From Nitrospinales bacterium (lineage in GTDB: Bacteria > Nitrospinota > Nitrospinia > Nitrospinales > JAJDAT01): a DNA stretch of 35,355 nucleotides. Of the stretch, positions 19,201 through 29,548 are shown piece after piece. The notes beneath the pieces are model-generated. The model was not told where the DNA came from. It searched no databases and worked only from the letters and a program-made list of their open reading frames with translations. The translations under genes were made by a program, and so were the position numbers. Location: NCBI GenBank assembly GCA_046757665.1, contig JBHHYO010000021.1, positions 1 to 35,355 on the forward strand. The letters run 5' to 3'. Position 1 is the first letter of the stretch. Every line of letters starts with the position of its first letter.

Positions 19201-19509
19201 TTACGTCCAGGGGTCTTTCAGGTTTTCCAGGGTCCAGCGCGACCACCCGTCCACGTCCTTGTAAATCCCCCGCGTAAAGAAATTGAAGGGATCGAAAAAG
19301 CGGATTCCCTTTTCGGCGTCAAGCTCGAAATTGACTTTGTCCTGTTGCAGGGGGTTGGCTTTGCATTCCAGGAACTTTTCTCCCTCCACCTCCGAAAGAT
19401 TGAAAATCTCTTCCATCTTGTCTTGGTGAAACTCGCCGTCCGCCAGAACCTCCTGGACTTTTTGCATGACCTGATCGACTTTTTCCTTGGACAAATGATT
19501 CATTTTCAT
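19201..19509 (-). CDS. Hypothetical protein
   Basis: 102-aa soluble acidic ORF with plausible composition, filling the tatA-nuoN gap. Confidence 0.7.
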   Translation of the reverse strand: MKMNHLSKEKVDQVMQKVQEVLADGEFHQDKMEEIFNLSEVEGEKFLECKANPLQQDKVNFELDAEKGIRFFDPFNFFTRGIYKDVDGWSRWTLENLKDPWT

Positions 19510-19602
19510 GGCGGCTGTACCTGTGAAAAATCGGGGGTTTCCTTTTAGATTATCATACCTGATTTTTGCGGCTCCCCGGCGGGAAAAGAGGGGGCGCGGT
19601 AT

Positions 19603-21048
19603 TCAGGGCAGGGTGGCGATCTGGGCCAGGGCGATGACCGGGCCGGGCAGAACGCCCAGCAGAACGGTGCCTGACGCGGCGATGCCGACCACCAGCAGGG
19701 AAAGCGGCGCCAGGGTGGGTTGAAACTCGTCCTCGGCCTCTTGCATGTACATGTAGACGATAACCTTCAGATAATAGTAAAAGGAAATGACGCTGTTGAG
19801 AACGGCGATGACGACCAGAATGACGTAGCCCTCGCTCAGCGCGGCGCTGAAAATATAAAATTTCGCCACGAACCCGGCAAAGGGCGGCAAGCCTCCCAGG
19901 GAAAGCATGAAAATCGCCATGCTGAGCGCCAGAACGGGATGTTTGTAGGCCAGCCCGGAGTAATTTTTAATCTCCAGGTTTTCGTTTCCGCTCCGGCCCA
20001 GAATGATGACGATCCCGAAGGCTCCAAAGATCATGAAGGCATAAGACAGCATGTAAAACAGCAGGCTGGCGGCGCTCATGGAGCTTTTGGCCACCAGGGC
20101 GATCAGGATATAACCGACGTGGGAGACGCTGGAATAGGCCAGCAGGCGTTTGATGTTGGTTTGCATGATGGCGCCCAGGTTGCCGATGGTCATGCTCAAA
20201 ACGGCGATGATGCTGATGAGCAGGTTCCAGGAGGAGGCCAGGTCCGGCACGGCGGTGATGAAAACCCTGAAGAACGCGGCGAACGCGGCGGCCTTGGGGC
20301 CGACGGCCATGAACGCCGTGATCGGCGTGGGCGCGCCGTGGTAAACATCCGGCGCCCACATATGGAAGGGCACGGAGGCGACCTTGAACCCGAACCCGAT
20401 AATGAACAGCACCACGCCCAGCACCATGAGGATGTTGAGGCCGTTATCGGTTGCGGCGGCCGCGGCGGCGATTTCCTGCAGGTTGGTCGACCCGGCGCTC
20501 CCGTACATGAGGGACATGCCGTAAAGCAGAAAGCCCGTCGAAAACGCGCCGAGCAAAAAATATTTCAGCGCGGCCTCGTTGGAGGCCAGGTTGTCCCGCC
20601 GAATCCCCGCCAGCACGTACAGGCAAATGGAAACAATTTCGATTCCCAGGAACACCATGATCAGGTTGTTGGCGGAGGCCAGCAGGATCATGCCCACCGT
20701 GCAGAATAAAACGAGGCTGTAATATTCCCCGGCCTTGATCTTTTCGCGGCGGTTGTAATTGTCCGAAAGCAAAAGGGTCAGGGCGGAGCTGAAGCAGAAA
20801 ATGATGGTGAAAAAAACCGACAGGTCGTCCACGACGTAGCCCTTGCTGAAGGAGTACGCCGGCAGTCCCTGCTTGGCAAAAGCGCCGACCGCCGTTACCA
20901 GCAGTCCGACCAGGCTGATGTAAACCAGCAAGGTTTTGTTTTTGCCGATAAACAGGTCGAGGATGAGCACCCCAAAACCGAATACGCTGAGAATCAGCAC
21001 GGGGGCCAGACTGATCAAATCGACATCGGGTGCGGGAATAAGGTCCAC
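19603..21048 (-). CDS. nuoN: NADH-quinone oxidoreductase subunit N
   Basis: Motifs EAALKYFLLGA, GFGFKVASVPFHMWAPDVYHGAP, KRLLAYSSVSHVGY and SLGGLPP. Confidence 0.96.
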   Translation of the reverse strand: MDLIPAPDVDLISLAPVLILSVFGFGVLILDLFIGKNKTLLVYISLVGLLVTAVGAFAKQGLPAYSFSKGYVVDDLSVFFTIIFCFSSALTLLLSDNYNRREKIKAGEYYSLVLFCTVGMILLASANNLIMVFLGIEIVSICLYVLAGIRRDNLASNEAALKYFLLGAFSTGFLLYGMSLMYGSAGSTNLQEIAAAAAATDNGLNILMVLGVVLFIIGFGFKVASVPFHMWAPDVYHGAPTPITAFMAVGPKAAAFAAFFRVFITAVPDLASSWNLLISIIAVLSMTIGNLGAIMQTNIKRLLAYSSVSHVGYILIALVAKSSMSAASLLFYMLSYAFMIFGAFGIVIILGRSGNENLEIKNYSGLAYKHPVLALSMAIFMLSLGGLPPFAGFVAKFYIFSAALSEGYVILVVIAVLNSVISFYYYLKVIVYMYMQEAEDEFQPTLAPLSLLVVGIAASGTVLLGVLPGPVIALAQIATLP

Positions 21049-21072
21049 GTGAACAATCCTTGAGTTAGATCG

Positions 21073-22638
21073 TTAAGGTTTTTTTGCCGGTTCTTCGACT
21101 TTTGCCGACGCCGGCAGTTCCTCCAGCAAGGCGTGCCGTTCCAACTCCTTGCCCGGCCTGAAATTGGCCGGGTCCACCTTGACGAGGAGATGAGTGACCG
21201 AGGCGTCGAATGTTTTCAAAAACGGTTTGGGATACAGTCCGATCCAAAAAATCAGAAGTATAATGGGCGCCAACATGCAAAGCTCGCGAAAAGTCAAGTC
21301 GTCGAGTTTCTGGTTTTTCGGATTTTTCAATTCCATGAACATGACCCGTTGAAACATCCACAGGATATAACAGGCGGCGAAGATCACGCCGCTGGTCGCC
21401 AGGGCCGCGTACATGGCGTTGACTTGAAAAATGCCCAGCAGGATCAGGAACTCGCCGACAAAACCGTTCATTCCCGGCAGTCCGATCGAGGACAGGGCGA
21501 CGATCATGAAACAGATGGCGAATTTGGGCATTTGCTTCGACAGCCCGCCGAACTCCTTGATGAGCCGGGTGTGCCGGCGGTCGTAAATCATCCCGACGAG
21601 CAGGAACAAGGCGCCGGTGCTCAGACCGTGGTTGATGTTCTGGATGAGCGCTCCCTGGATGCCATAATGGTTGAAGGCAAAAATCCCCAGCATCACGAAA
21701 CCCATATGGCTGACGCTGGAGTAGGCGACGAGTTTTTTCAAATCTTCCTGAACCAGCGAGACCAGCGCGCCGTAAATGATGCCGATGATCGAGAGAACGG
21801 CGATCAAGGGCAGGAACTCGTTGCTGGCCTGGGGAAACAGCGGCAGATTAAAGCGCAGGAAACCGTAGGTTCCCATTTTCAGCAGAACCCCGGCGAGGAT
21901 GACGCTTCCCGCCGTCGGCGCTTCCACATGCGCGTCCGGTAGCCAGGTGTGAAAAGGGAACATGGGCACCTTGATGGCAAACGCCATGAAAAACGCCAGG
22001 AACAGCCATTTTTGCGTGTCGAGGGGAATGTGCAAATGCTCGGTGATGTATAAAATATCGGTCGTGTAAACGCCGGTTTCGGAGAAGTTCAGGAAATAGA
22101 TGACGATGATGGCCACCAGCATCAGGAGCGATCCGACGGCGGTATACAGAAAGAACTTGACCGCGGCGTAAACCCGGCGCGGTCCCCCCCAAACGCCGAT
22201 GATGACGTACATGGGAACCAGTTGCAATTCCCAAAAAACGTAAAACAGGAAAAAATCCAGGGCGATGAACACCCCCAGCATTCCCGTGGAAAGCGCCAGC
22301 ATGGAGATCATGTATTCCTTGATGTACTTCTTGACATGCCAGGAAGCGAGGACGGAGACTGCCGTCAGGAAGGTGGTCATGATGTACAGCAGAAGGGAGA
22401 TGCCGTCCATGCCGACGTGGTAGCTGATGCCCCAGGCCTGAATCCACGGGATGGTCTGGGCGAACTGCATTTCGTGCGTGGCCAGGTCGAACTTGGCGTA
22501 AAAAACCAGCGAGAGCAGGAAATCGGCAACGGCTATCGCCAGTGCAAATTGCTTGATCAGGCCTTCTTCCTTTTTGGGGAAGAACGCTAAAACCAGTGCG
22601 CCGACCAGCGGCAAAAATGTGACGAATGTTAGGAACAT
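21073..22638 (-). CDS. nuoM: NADH-quinone oxidoreductase subunit M
   Basis: ATG at 22638. Motifs [50 protein letters not shown] and [12 protein letters not shown]. Confidence 0.96.
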   Translation of the reverse strand: MFLTFVTFLPLVGALVLAFFPKKEEGLIKQFALAIAVADFLLSLVFYAKFDLATHEMQFAQTIPWIQAWGISYHVGMDGISLLLYIMTTFLTAVSVLASWHVKKYIKEYMISMLALSTGMLGVFIALDFFLFYVFWELQLVPMYVIIGVWGGPRRVYAAVKFFLYTAVGSLLMLVAIIVIYFLNFSETGVYTTDILYITEHLHIPLDTQKWLFLAFFMAFAIKVPMFPFHTWLPDAHVEAPTAGSVILAGVLLKMGTYGFLRFNLPLFPQASNEFLPLIAVLSIIGIIYGALVSLVQEDLKKLVAYSSVSHMGFVMLGIFAFNHYGIQGALIQNINHGLSTGALFLLVGMIYDRRHTRLIKEFGGLSKQMPKFAICFMIVALSSIGLPGMNGFVGEFLILLGIFQVNAMYAALATSGVIFAACYILWMFQRVMFMELKNPKNQKLDDLTFRELCMLAPIILLIFWIGLYPKPFLKTFDASVTHLLVKVDPANFRPGKELERHALLEELPASAKVEEPAKKP

Positions 22639-22645
22639 GGATCCG

Positions 22646-24613
22646 CTAAAAAGCCACCAGTAATAGAGTAATGAATCCGACAACGATAAACAGGGCGTAA
22701 TTGCGAACGAATCCGGATTGGAACGGGCGCGCTTTATCGCTGAGCCAGCCGATAATCTGCGCGACGCCGTTGACGGCGCCGTCCACGGCCCGGGCATCCG
22801 CCTGCTTCCAAAGGAAAAGGGACCCGTCCATGGTGGGTTTCACCACGGTCGCATCGTAGAATTCATCGACCCTGTATTTGTCTCTCACCAAGTCGTAACC
22901 CCACTGGTTTTGCGTGACCTTGTCCGGCAGGTCGGGGCGCTTGATGTAAAAGAGATAAGCCATAGCGATGCCGAAAACGGCGACTCCTACGGAGAGTACC
23001 ATCAGAAAAATTTCCAAGGTCACGTTGTGCGTGTCCTTAGGTTCGAGAAGATGAGACCACGTGGGCACGGGGTGGCCGTGTGTTTCAAGTGTTTGGGCGG
23101 AATGGGCGAGGGCGGTTTGCATATCGAACTGCAGAACCGGTTCCAGCCAATGGTGCAGAATGTGCCATCCCTTGATCAGGGGAATCCCCAGGATTCCGCC
23201 AACGAACGCCAGACCGGCGAGAATCATCAAGGGCTGGGTCATGACGTTCGGCGATTCATGCGGATGCACGTCGGGATCCACCCGGGATTCCCCGTGAAAA
23301 GTCATGAAGATCAGGCGAAACATGTAAAAGGCGGTGAGCATGGCCCCGCCGATGCCCATCCCCCAGAGAAGAATATTGCCGTCCACCAGGGAATGAAACA
23401 GAATCTCGTCCTTGCTGAAAAAGCCCGACAGCGGCGGGATACCGGCAATGGCGATGGTCGAAACCAAAAACGTTTTATAGGTGATGGGGAAATGGGATTT
23501 CAATCCGCCCATTTTGCGCATGTCCTGCTCGCCGTGCAGTCCGTGGATCACGCTCCCCGAACTCAAAAACAGGCAGGCCTTGAAAAAGGCGTGCGTGACG
23601 AGATGAAAAATAGCGGCGGTGAACGCCCCGACGCCGCATCCCAAAAACATGTAGCCGATCTGGCTGACGGTGGAATAGGCGAGGACGCGCTTGATATCGT
23701 TTTGGGCCATGCCGATGGTGGCGGCGAACACGGCGGTTCCCGCGCCAATAAAAGCTACGGTCGTCATGGTGAGGGGGGCCATCAGGAACAGCGCCTGGCA
23801 CCGTACGACCATATACACCCCGGCGGTCACCATGGTGGCGGCGTGGATCAGGGCGCTGACCGGGGTCGGCCCTTCCATGGCGTCCGGCAACCAGGTGTAG
23901 AGCGGAATCTGGGCGGATTTCCCGGTGGCGCCGACAAACAAAAGCAGGGTGATGACGGTTGCCGTCTCGCTTCCGTAAATCAGGGTGGTCGGGGTGGCGG
24001 CAAACACCGTGGTGAAGTCGATCGAACCGAACATATTAAAAATGTACATAATCGCCAGCAGGAAGGCGAAGTCGCCGATGCGGTTGACGATGAATGCTTT
24101 TGTCCCGGCGTCGCAGGCGGATTTCTTCTCAAAGTAATAACCGATCAGGAAATAGGAGCAGAGTCCGACCCCTTCCCAGCCGATGAACATCAGGAGAAAA
24201 TTGTTTCCCATGACCAGCAACAGCATGGAAAACATGAACAGGTTGAAATACGCGAAGAAACGGTAGTAGCTGTACTCCTCGCGCATGTAGCCGATGGAGT
24301 AGACGTGGATCAGAAAGCCCACGCCGGTCACGACCATCATCATGACCATGGAAAGCGGGTCGATTTGCAGGCCGAACTCGGCGACAAAGTCGCCGGCGCC
24401 GATCCAGGTGAACAGGACTTGCTCGTACAGCCGCTGGTCTTCGGGCAGGGCGATCAGGCCCATGAGCATCAGGAGGGTGACGGCGAATGACAGGGCGACG
24501 GAGCCGCAGGCCACCGCGCCGACGGCCTTTTTGCCGATCCGCAGGCCGAAAAACCCGTTGACGATCGAGCCGATCAGGGGAAATGTAGGTACCAGCCAAG
24601 CCAATGAGAGCAT
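22646..24613 (-). CDS. nuoL: NADH-quinone oxidoreductase subunit L
   Basis: Motifs [56 protein letters not shown] and HAFFKA. Confidence 0.97.
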   Translation of the reverse strand: MLSLAWLVPTFPLIGSIVNGFFGLRIGKKAVGAVACGSVALSFAVTLLMLMGLIALPEDQRLYEQVLFTWIGAGDFVAEFGLQIDPLSMVMMMVVTGVGFLIHVYSIGYMREEYSYYRFFAYFNLFMFSMLLLVMGNNFLLMFIGWEGVGLCSYFLIGYYFEKKSACDAGTKAFIVNRIGDFAFLLAIMYIFNMFGSIDFTTVFAATPTTLIYGSETATVITLLLFVGATGKSAQIPLYTWLPDAMEGPTPVSALIHAATMVTAGVYMVVRCQALFLMAPLTMTTVAFIGAGTAVFAATIGMAQNDIKRVLAYSTVSQIGYMFLGCGVGAFTAAIFHLVTHAFFKACLFLSSGSVIHGLHGEQDMRKMGGLKSHFPITYKTFLVSTIAIAGIPPLSGFFSKDEILFHSLVDGNILLWGMGIGGAMLTAFYMFRLIFMTFHGESRVDPDVHPHESPNVMTQPLMILAGLAFVGGILGIPLIKGWHILHHWLEPVLQFDMQTALAHSAQTLETHGHPVPTWSHLLEPKDTHNVTLEIFLMVLSVGVAVFGIAMAYLFYIKRPDLPDKVTQNQWGYDLVRDKYRVDEFYDATVVKPTMDGSLFLWKQADARAVDGAVNGVAQIIGWLSDKARPFQSGFVRNYALFIVVGFITLLLVAF

Positions 24614-24622
24614 ATCAGGGCG

Positions 24623-24925
24623 TTACCATTTCAACAGGTTGAATTCGTCCAGGTTGATTGTGGGTTTGTTGCGGAACAAGGAGATGATAATCGCCAGTCC
24701 CACCGAAACCTCCGCGGCGGCCACGCAGATGACCATAAAGCTGAAAACCTGGCCGTCGTGCTGGCCCAGATAGTTGTCGAAGGCGATCAGGCTGAGATTG
24801 ACGGCGTTCAACATGATTTCTATCGACATGAAAACAATGATGGCGTTTCGACGCACCAGGACCCCGACAACGCCGATGAAAAAAAGAGTGGCGCTCAGTA
24901 ATAAGTAATGTTCTAAAGGAATCAT
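24623..24925 (-). CDS. nuoK: NADH-quinone oxidoreductase subunit K
   Basis: [19 protein letters not shown] and [12 protein letters not shown]. Confidence 0.96.
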   Translation of the reverse strand: MIPLEHYLLLSATLFFIGVVGVLVRRNAIIVFMSIEIMLNAVNLSLIAFDNYLGQHDGQVFSFMVICVAAAEVSVGLAIIISLFRNKPTINLDEFNLLKW

Positions 24926-24927
24926 AT

Positions 24928-25434
24928 TCAGTCGATTTTCGATTTGGCCAAAACCACCGCTCCGATCATTGCCGCCAAGAGCAAGATGGAAGCGACTTCA
25001 AAGGGAAGAACAAAATCCGTAAATAAAAACCTGCCCACTTCGGCGGTGGTGCCGAAATTCTCCGGAAGAGATTGGGGCGAGTCGAACCGGGCGCTGGACC
25101 CGATATCAATCACCTTATACAGAATGCCGACGACCAAAACGCCGGTGAGCGACGATAGAAAGACGTTGCTCTGCCGGGATTTCCAACGGGCGTCGTCGCG
25201 TTTCAGGTTCAGCAACATGATGACGAACAGGAACAGCACCATGATCGCGCCGGCATAAATCAGGATTTGCAACGCGGCAAGGAAATGCGCCTGCAACAGG
25301 GCGAACAAGCCGGCTAAACCGAGCATCATGCCGATCAGGGACACTGCCGAGCTGACGGGATTTTTGTTTAAAATCACGGACAGCGCCAGAACGATGCACC
25401 CCAGAGCCGCGGGGTAAAAGATCAATAATTCCAT
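24928..25434 (-). CDS. nuoJ: NADH-quinone oxidoreductase subunit J
   Basis: [27 protein letters not shown] and [21 protein letters not shown]. Confidence 0.95.
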   Translation of the reverse strand: MELLIFYPAALGCIVLALSVILNKNPVSSAVSLIGMMLGLAGLFALLQAHFLAALQILIYAGAIMVLFLFVIMLLNLKRDDARWKSRQSNVFLSSLTGVLVVGILYKVIDIGSSARFDSPQSLPENFGTTAEVGRFLFTDFVLPFEVASILLLAAMIGAVVLAKSKID

Positions 25435-25991
25435 TTGGCGTACATTTCCCTGGTGAATTCGACGCGCTTTTGCAATTCGGAAATCGGCACCGAAAGTTGT
25501 TCCATGTTGAATTTCATTTTCTTGCGGTCCAGCATCGGGATTTCATAATCGTCGCTCATGAAAATAGCTTCTTCCGGGCAGGCCTCCTCGCAATTGCCGC
25601 AGAAAATACAGACGGCGTAATCGATGGTGAACTCGACGGGAAAGCGTTCAAGCTCGTTTTGCTTTCCGCTGTTGGCGCCGGGCACAATATCGATGCAATA
25701 GGCGGGGCAGGCCGCCTCGCACAACCCGCAGGCCACGCAGTTGAGGTGGCCTTTTTCATTGACCGCCAGAACGGGGCGGCCCCGGTAAGCAACGGGAAAT
25801 TGCGCGGTTTGCTCCGGATAATATAAGGAAAATATTTTTCTCTTCTTTTTCTGACCCATTAAAAAGGGAAGAAACCCAAATAAATTGACGAAGAAATGCC
25901 GGGATGTGATGTACATGCCGCGGATGATTTCGGGAATGTACGCCCGCTCCCACCAGGTCATCTCGACGTTTCGGTTGACGTAGTAAGCCAT
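25422..25991 (-). CDS. nuoI: NADH-quinone oxidoreductase subunit I (2x[4Fe-4S])
   Basis: YPE..., CVACGLCEAACP and CIFCGNCEEACPEEAI. Confidence 0.93.
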   Translation of the reverse strand: MAYYVNRNVEMTWWERAYIPEIIRGMYITSRHFFVNLFGFLPFLMGQKKKRKIFSLYYPEQTAQFPVAYRGRPVLAVNEKGHLNCVACGLCEAACPAYCIDIVPGANSGKQNELERFPVEFTIDYAVCIFCGNCEEACPEEAIFMSDDYEIPMLDRKKMKFNMEQLSVPISELQKRVEFTREMYAKWNY

Positions 25992-26023
25992 GATTTGATC
26001 CTCTAATTCAAGGCGATCATTTA

Positions 26024-27091
26024 TTAAAGCATTACAATCCCCGTCACCATGATGTTAATCAGGGACAGGGGTAACAAAATTTTCCAGCCCAGTTTCATGA
26101 TCTGATCGTAACGGAACCGGGGCAAGGTCCAGCGTATCGTCATTTGCAACCACAGGAAGAAAATGATTTTCGTAAAAAATACGACCACGTGAAGCACCAT
26201 GACGACAAGGTTGGCTCCGGTGGTTCCAAGGATATCAAAAAACGACATGAGCGAGGCCGTGGTCAAAAAAGGAATGTGCCAGGCCCCGAAAAAAAGAATG
26301 GTTACGATGGCGCTGATGGTAACCATTTCGATAAACTCCGCCATGAAAAACATGCCGAATTTCAGCCCGCTGTATTCGGTGAAATAGCCCGCGATCAGCT
26401 CGGACTCCGCTTCCGGATTGTCGAACGGAATGCGTTTGTTTTCCGCAATGGACGCCGCGAGAAACATGAAGAAGCCCAGCGGTTGAAAGAAAATGCCCCA
26501 GTGGAAAAATTCCTCCTGGGCGGCGCCGATTTCGGTCAGCTTCATGGTGCCGAAGACCATCAATACGCCGATGATCGTCAGGCCCATGGTGACTTCATAG
26601 GATACCATTTGCGCCGTGGTGCGCATTGACCCGAGCAGGGAATAGTTGTTGTTGGAACTCCAGCCGGCGATGACGTAGCCGTAAGTGGCGATGGAGGCGA
26701 TGGCAAAGACGAACAGAAGCCCCACGTCGAGATCGGCGATGACCAGGTTGACTTGCTTGCCGAAAAGGTCGTAAACGCCGCCGAAGGGAACAACGGTAAA
26801 TGTCAGAAGCGCCGGGATGAGAGCGATCATCGGACTCAGGCTGTGGAGAACCCTGTTGGCGCCATCGGGCACAAAGTCCTCCTTGGTAAACATTTTCAAG
26901 GCGTCGGCCATGATGTGGAACAGCCCCAGAGCCCGGAATCCCAGAATGTCCGCGCGGTTGGCGCCGATGCGGTCCTGCATGATGGCGCTTTGTTTCCGTT
27001 CCACCCAGGTCAGAACCGGGGCGAAGAAACCGACCGTCAGCGCCAGGACAAACAGGATTTTGATCAGGGTTATCAGCAGATCGACAAGCAT
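26024..27091 (-). CDS. nuoH: NADH-quinone oxidoreductase subunit H
   Basis: Motifs ERKQSAIMQDRIGANR, ADALKMFTKED, RIPFDNPEAESELIAGYFTEYSG and PRFRYDQIMKLGWK. Confidence 0.96.
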   Translation of the reverse strand: MLVDLLITLIKILFVLALTVGFFAPVLTWVERKQSAIMQDRIGANRADILGFRALGLFHIMADALKMFTKEDFVPDGANRVLHSLSPMIALIPALLTFTVVPFGGVYDLFGKQVNLVIADLDVGLLFVFAIASIATYGYVIAGWSSNNNYSLLGSMRTTAQMVSYEVTMGLTIIGVLMVFGTMKLTEIGAAQEEFFHWGIFFQPLGFFMFLAASIAENKRIPFDNPEAESELIAGYFTEYSGLKFGMFFMAEFIEMVTISAIVTILFFGAWHIPFLTTASLMSFFDILGTTGANLVVMVLHVVVFFTKIIFFLWLQMTIRWTLPRFRYDQIMKLGWKILLPLSLINIMVTGIVML

Positions 27092-27102
27092 GATGTTCCG
27101 GT

Positions 27103-27591
27103 TTAATTTTTGGGCCCGATTAAGGGCTGTCTCTTGTTAATCGGATAATCTTTTCTCAAGGGATGTCCCTTGAATCCTTCGTACAGGAGGATTCTCCGCA
27201 AGTTTGGATGGCCGTTGAACTTGATGCCGTACAAATCCCACACTTCCCGCTCATACCAGTTGGCGGTTTTCCACAGTGGTACGACGGAGTCGATCACGCA
27301 ATCGTCCATGCCGACCGGGGCCTTGATTCTCACGCGGCGATTGTATTTCAGGGAATAGAGATGATAGACGACCTCAAAGCGCTGGGGCTTTTTCCTGAAG
27401 TAGTCCACGGCGGTGAGGTCCATTAAAAAGTCGAACAAAAGGGCCGGGTCGTCCCGCAAAAATTCGAGCAGTTTCACGATGCTGTTTTTTTGCACGGTGA
27501 AGGTCAAATCGCCGCGGAAGTCGTGCCGGTCGATTATGTCGCCGCCGCAAAAGGTTTCGATTTTTTCGGTGACGTCGGATTGCGTCGTCAT
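27103..27591 (-). CDS. nuoC: NADH-quinone oxidoreductase subunit C (stand-alone)
   Basis: Motifs DLTAVDY, RFEVVYHLYS and ANWYEREVWDLYGIKFNGHPNLRRIL..GHPLRKDYP. 162 aa and not fused to NuoD. RBS AGGAG. Confidence 0.95.
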   Translation of the reverse strand: MTTQSDVTEKIETFCGGDIIDRHDFRGDLTFTVQKNSIVKLLEFLRDDPALLFDFLMDLTAVDYFRKKPQRFEVVYHLYSLKYNRRVRIKAPVGMDDCVIDSVVPLWKTANWYEREVWDLYGIKFNGHPNLRRILLYEGFKGHPLRKDYPINKRQPLIGPKN

Positions 27592-27616
27592 GGTTTGCTC
27601 CTGAACGGTCCGCGGG

Positions 27617-27973
27617 TCATTCCCAGTCCAAGCCTCCTCTACGCCACACATAAAATAGTCCGATCCCGAGGATCAGGAGAAAGACGAACATTTCGATGAG
27701 ACCGAACAGCCCCAGCCTTTTGTACAAGACGGCCCAGGGAAACAGGAAAACGGCCTCGATGTCGAACAGGATGAAAAGCACCGCCACCAGATAGAACTTC
27801 ACCGAAAAACGCTGGTGGGGGGAAACCAGTTGATGCTCGCCGCACTCAAACGGTTCCATTTTGTCGGCAAACTTCTTTTTGGGCCCCAGCATGGTAGTCA
27901 TGACGAGCATACCTCCCGCGATGGCTACCGCGAAGAAGGTCATCATCAATACGCCTGTGTATTCCATCAACAT
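27617..27973 (-). CDS. nuoA: NADH-quinone oxidoreductase subunit A
   Basis: KMEPFECG, FSVKFYLVAVLFILFDIEAVFLFPWA and GGLDWE. Confidence 0.96.
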   Translation of the reverse strand: MLMEYTGVLMMTFFAVAIAGGMLVMTTMLGPKKKFADKMEPFECGEHQLVSPHQRFSVKFYLVAVLFILFDIEAVFLFPWAVLYKRLGLFGLIEMFVFLLILGIGLFYVWRRGGLDWE

Positions 27974-28013
27974 GGTGTCTCCATTCGCTCCCGATTCGAG
28001 GTTTGCGAGACCG

Positions 28014-28043
28014 ATAATAGCCTAATGGGTAAAGAGTTGTCAA
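28014..28043 (-). promoter_or_regulatory. Sigma70-type promoter of the nuo operon
   Basis: Minus strand TTGACA-N18-TATTAT, about 40 nt upstream of nuoA. Confidence 0.55.
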
Positions 28044-28123
28044 AACCAATCTCATGATGTTTGTTGTTTGTTTTGAAACCGGCCCCCGGTTTTGGGTCTG
28101 CCGGATTTTGGGGAGGAAGATGA

Positions 28124-28152
28124 TTGAATCGGAAATGTTTAAATGCTATAAA
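28124..28152 (+). promoter_or_regulatory. Sigma70-type promoter of argG (extended -10)
   Basis: TTGAAT-N17-TATAAA with TGn immediately before the -10. Confidence 0.6.
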
Positions 28153-28157
28153 AGCTC

Positions 28158-28240
28158 ACCTGGGATTGAGGGCGAATCGCTACTCCAATAGCCGTGGTTT
28201 GAGCCCCTCGCGCCGGCATGAAGACAGTGTCGCTCCAGGT
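28158..28240 (+). ncRNA. Candidate structured 5' leader RNA of argG (unassigned)
   Basis: Starts at the predicted TSS, is closed by ACCTGGG/TCCAGGT and has three internal hairpins (folded by hand only). Confidence 0.35.
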
Positions 28241-28264
28241 AAATCTAACAGTTGAGACAAATCC

Positions 28265-29473
28265 ATGAAAACAAAGGTCAGTAAAATCGTTTTGGCGTAT
28301 TCCGGCGGTTTGGATACGTCGGTGATTATCCGGTGGCTCAAGGAAGAGTATGGTTGCGAAATTATCGCGTTTTCGGCGGATGTCGGCCAGGGCGAAGAGT
28401 TGGAACCGGTTCGCGAAAAGGCATTGAAAACCGGCGCGAGCAAGATTTATATCGAGGATATCAAGGAAGAATTCGTTCGTGATTTCGTGTTTCCCATGCT
28501 CCGGGCGAATGCCTTTTATGAAGGGGGATATCTGCTGGGCACCGCCATCGCCCGTCCGTTGATCGCCAAGGAGCAAATCCGTATCGCCCGCCAGGAAGGC
28601 GCCGACGGCGTGTCGCATGGATGCACGGGGAAAGGCAATGATCAGGTCCGTTTCGAGCTGGCGTTCATGAACCTCATGCCGGAGATCAAGATCATTTCCC
28701 CCTGGCGGGAATGGGACCTGACTTCGCGGAGCGCGCTGATCGATTATGCCCGGCGGCATGACATCCCCGTCCCCGTCACCAAGGGCAAGGCATACAGCAT
28801 TGACCGGAACCTTTTTCATTGCAGTTATGAAGGCGGGATTCTCGAAGACCCCTGGTGCGAGCCGGACGAGAGCATGTTTCTGATGGGCGTGTCGCCGGAA
28901 AAGGCTCCGGACCGGCCGACAATCGTTGAACTGGATTATGATCGGGGCGACCCCGTGGCGATCGACGGCGAACCGCTGTCGCCCGCGGAACTGCTGGCGC
29001 GTCTCAACCAACTCGGCGGGACCAACGGCATCGGGCGGGTCGATATCGTCGAAAACCGTTATGTCGGCATCAAATCGCGCGGGGTTTATGAGACTCCCGG
29101 CGGCGCCATTCTACATGCCGCCCACCGGGCTCTGGAATCCATCACCATGGACCGGGAAGTGCTGTTCCTGCGGGATTCGATGATTCCCGCCTATGCCAAA
29201 ATGATTTACGACGGTTTTTGGTTTGCCCCGGAACGCCTGTTCATGCAACAAACCATAGATGAAGCGCAAAAACACGTTACCGGAACGGTGCGATTGAAGC
29301 TTTACAAGGGGAATTGCATCGTTTTGGGACGGAAAGCGGAACACTCCCTCTACGATCAGGAAATGGCTTCTTTTGAGGAGGAAGGCACCTATCGGCAAGA
29401 TGACGCCGAAGGGTTCATCCGGCTGAATGCCCTGCGGCTGAGAATTTATTCCCAAACGTTCGACAAAAAATAA
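28265..29473 (+). CDS. argG: Argininosuccinate synthase
   Basis: Motifs [44 protein letters not shown] and [17 protein letters not shown]. Confidence 0.98.
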   Translation: MKTKVSKIVLAYSGGLDTSVIIRWLKEEYGCEIIAFSADVGQGEELEPVREKALKTGASKIYIEDIKEEFVRDFVFPMLRANAFYEGGYLLGTAIARPLIAKEQIRIARQEGADGVSHGCTGKGNDQVRFELAFMNLMPEIKIISPWREWDLTSRSALIDYARRHDIPVPVTKGKAYSIDRNLFHCSYEGGILEDPWCEPDESMFLMGVSPEKAPDRPTIVELDYDRGDPVAIDGEPLSPAELLARLNQLGGTNGIGRVDIVENRYVGIKSRGVYETPGGAILHAAHRALESITMDREVLFLRDSMIPAYAKMIYDGFWFAPERLFMQQTIDEAQKHVTGTVRLKLYKGNCIVLGRKAEHSLYDQEMASFEEEGTYRQDDAEGFIRLNALRLRIYSQTFDKK

Positions 29474-29512
29474 ACCCCCCCGTTCCCATCGCGCCCGCCG
29501 GTCGCGGCCTGC

Positions 29513-29541
29513 TTGATTTGTCCGTGCGTTCAGAGTATAAA
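29513..29541 (+). promoter_or_regulatory. Promoter of the sigma54 activator gene (probably leaderless)
   Basis: TTGATT-N17-TATAAA, then exactly 7 nt to the ATG at 29549. No Shine-Dalgarno. Confidence 0.55.
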
Positions 29542-29548
29542 ATTTAGT

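Noticed and set aside
22718..24490. 590-aa plus-strand ORF
   Set aside because: Antisense shadow of nuoL with non-protein-like composition.
28158..28240. tRNA or tRNA-Sec interpretation of the cloverleaf-like element
   Set aside because: There is no TTCRA T-loop, canonical D-loop or CCA end on either strand. It is kept only as a candidate leader RNA.
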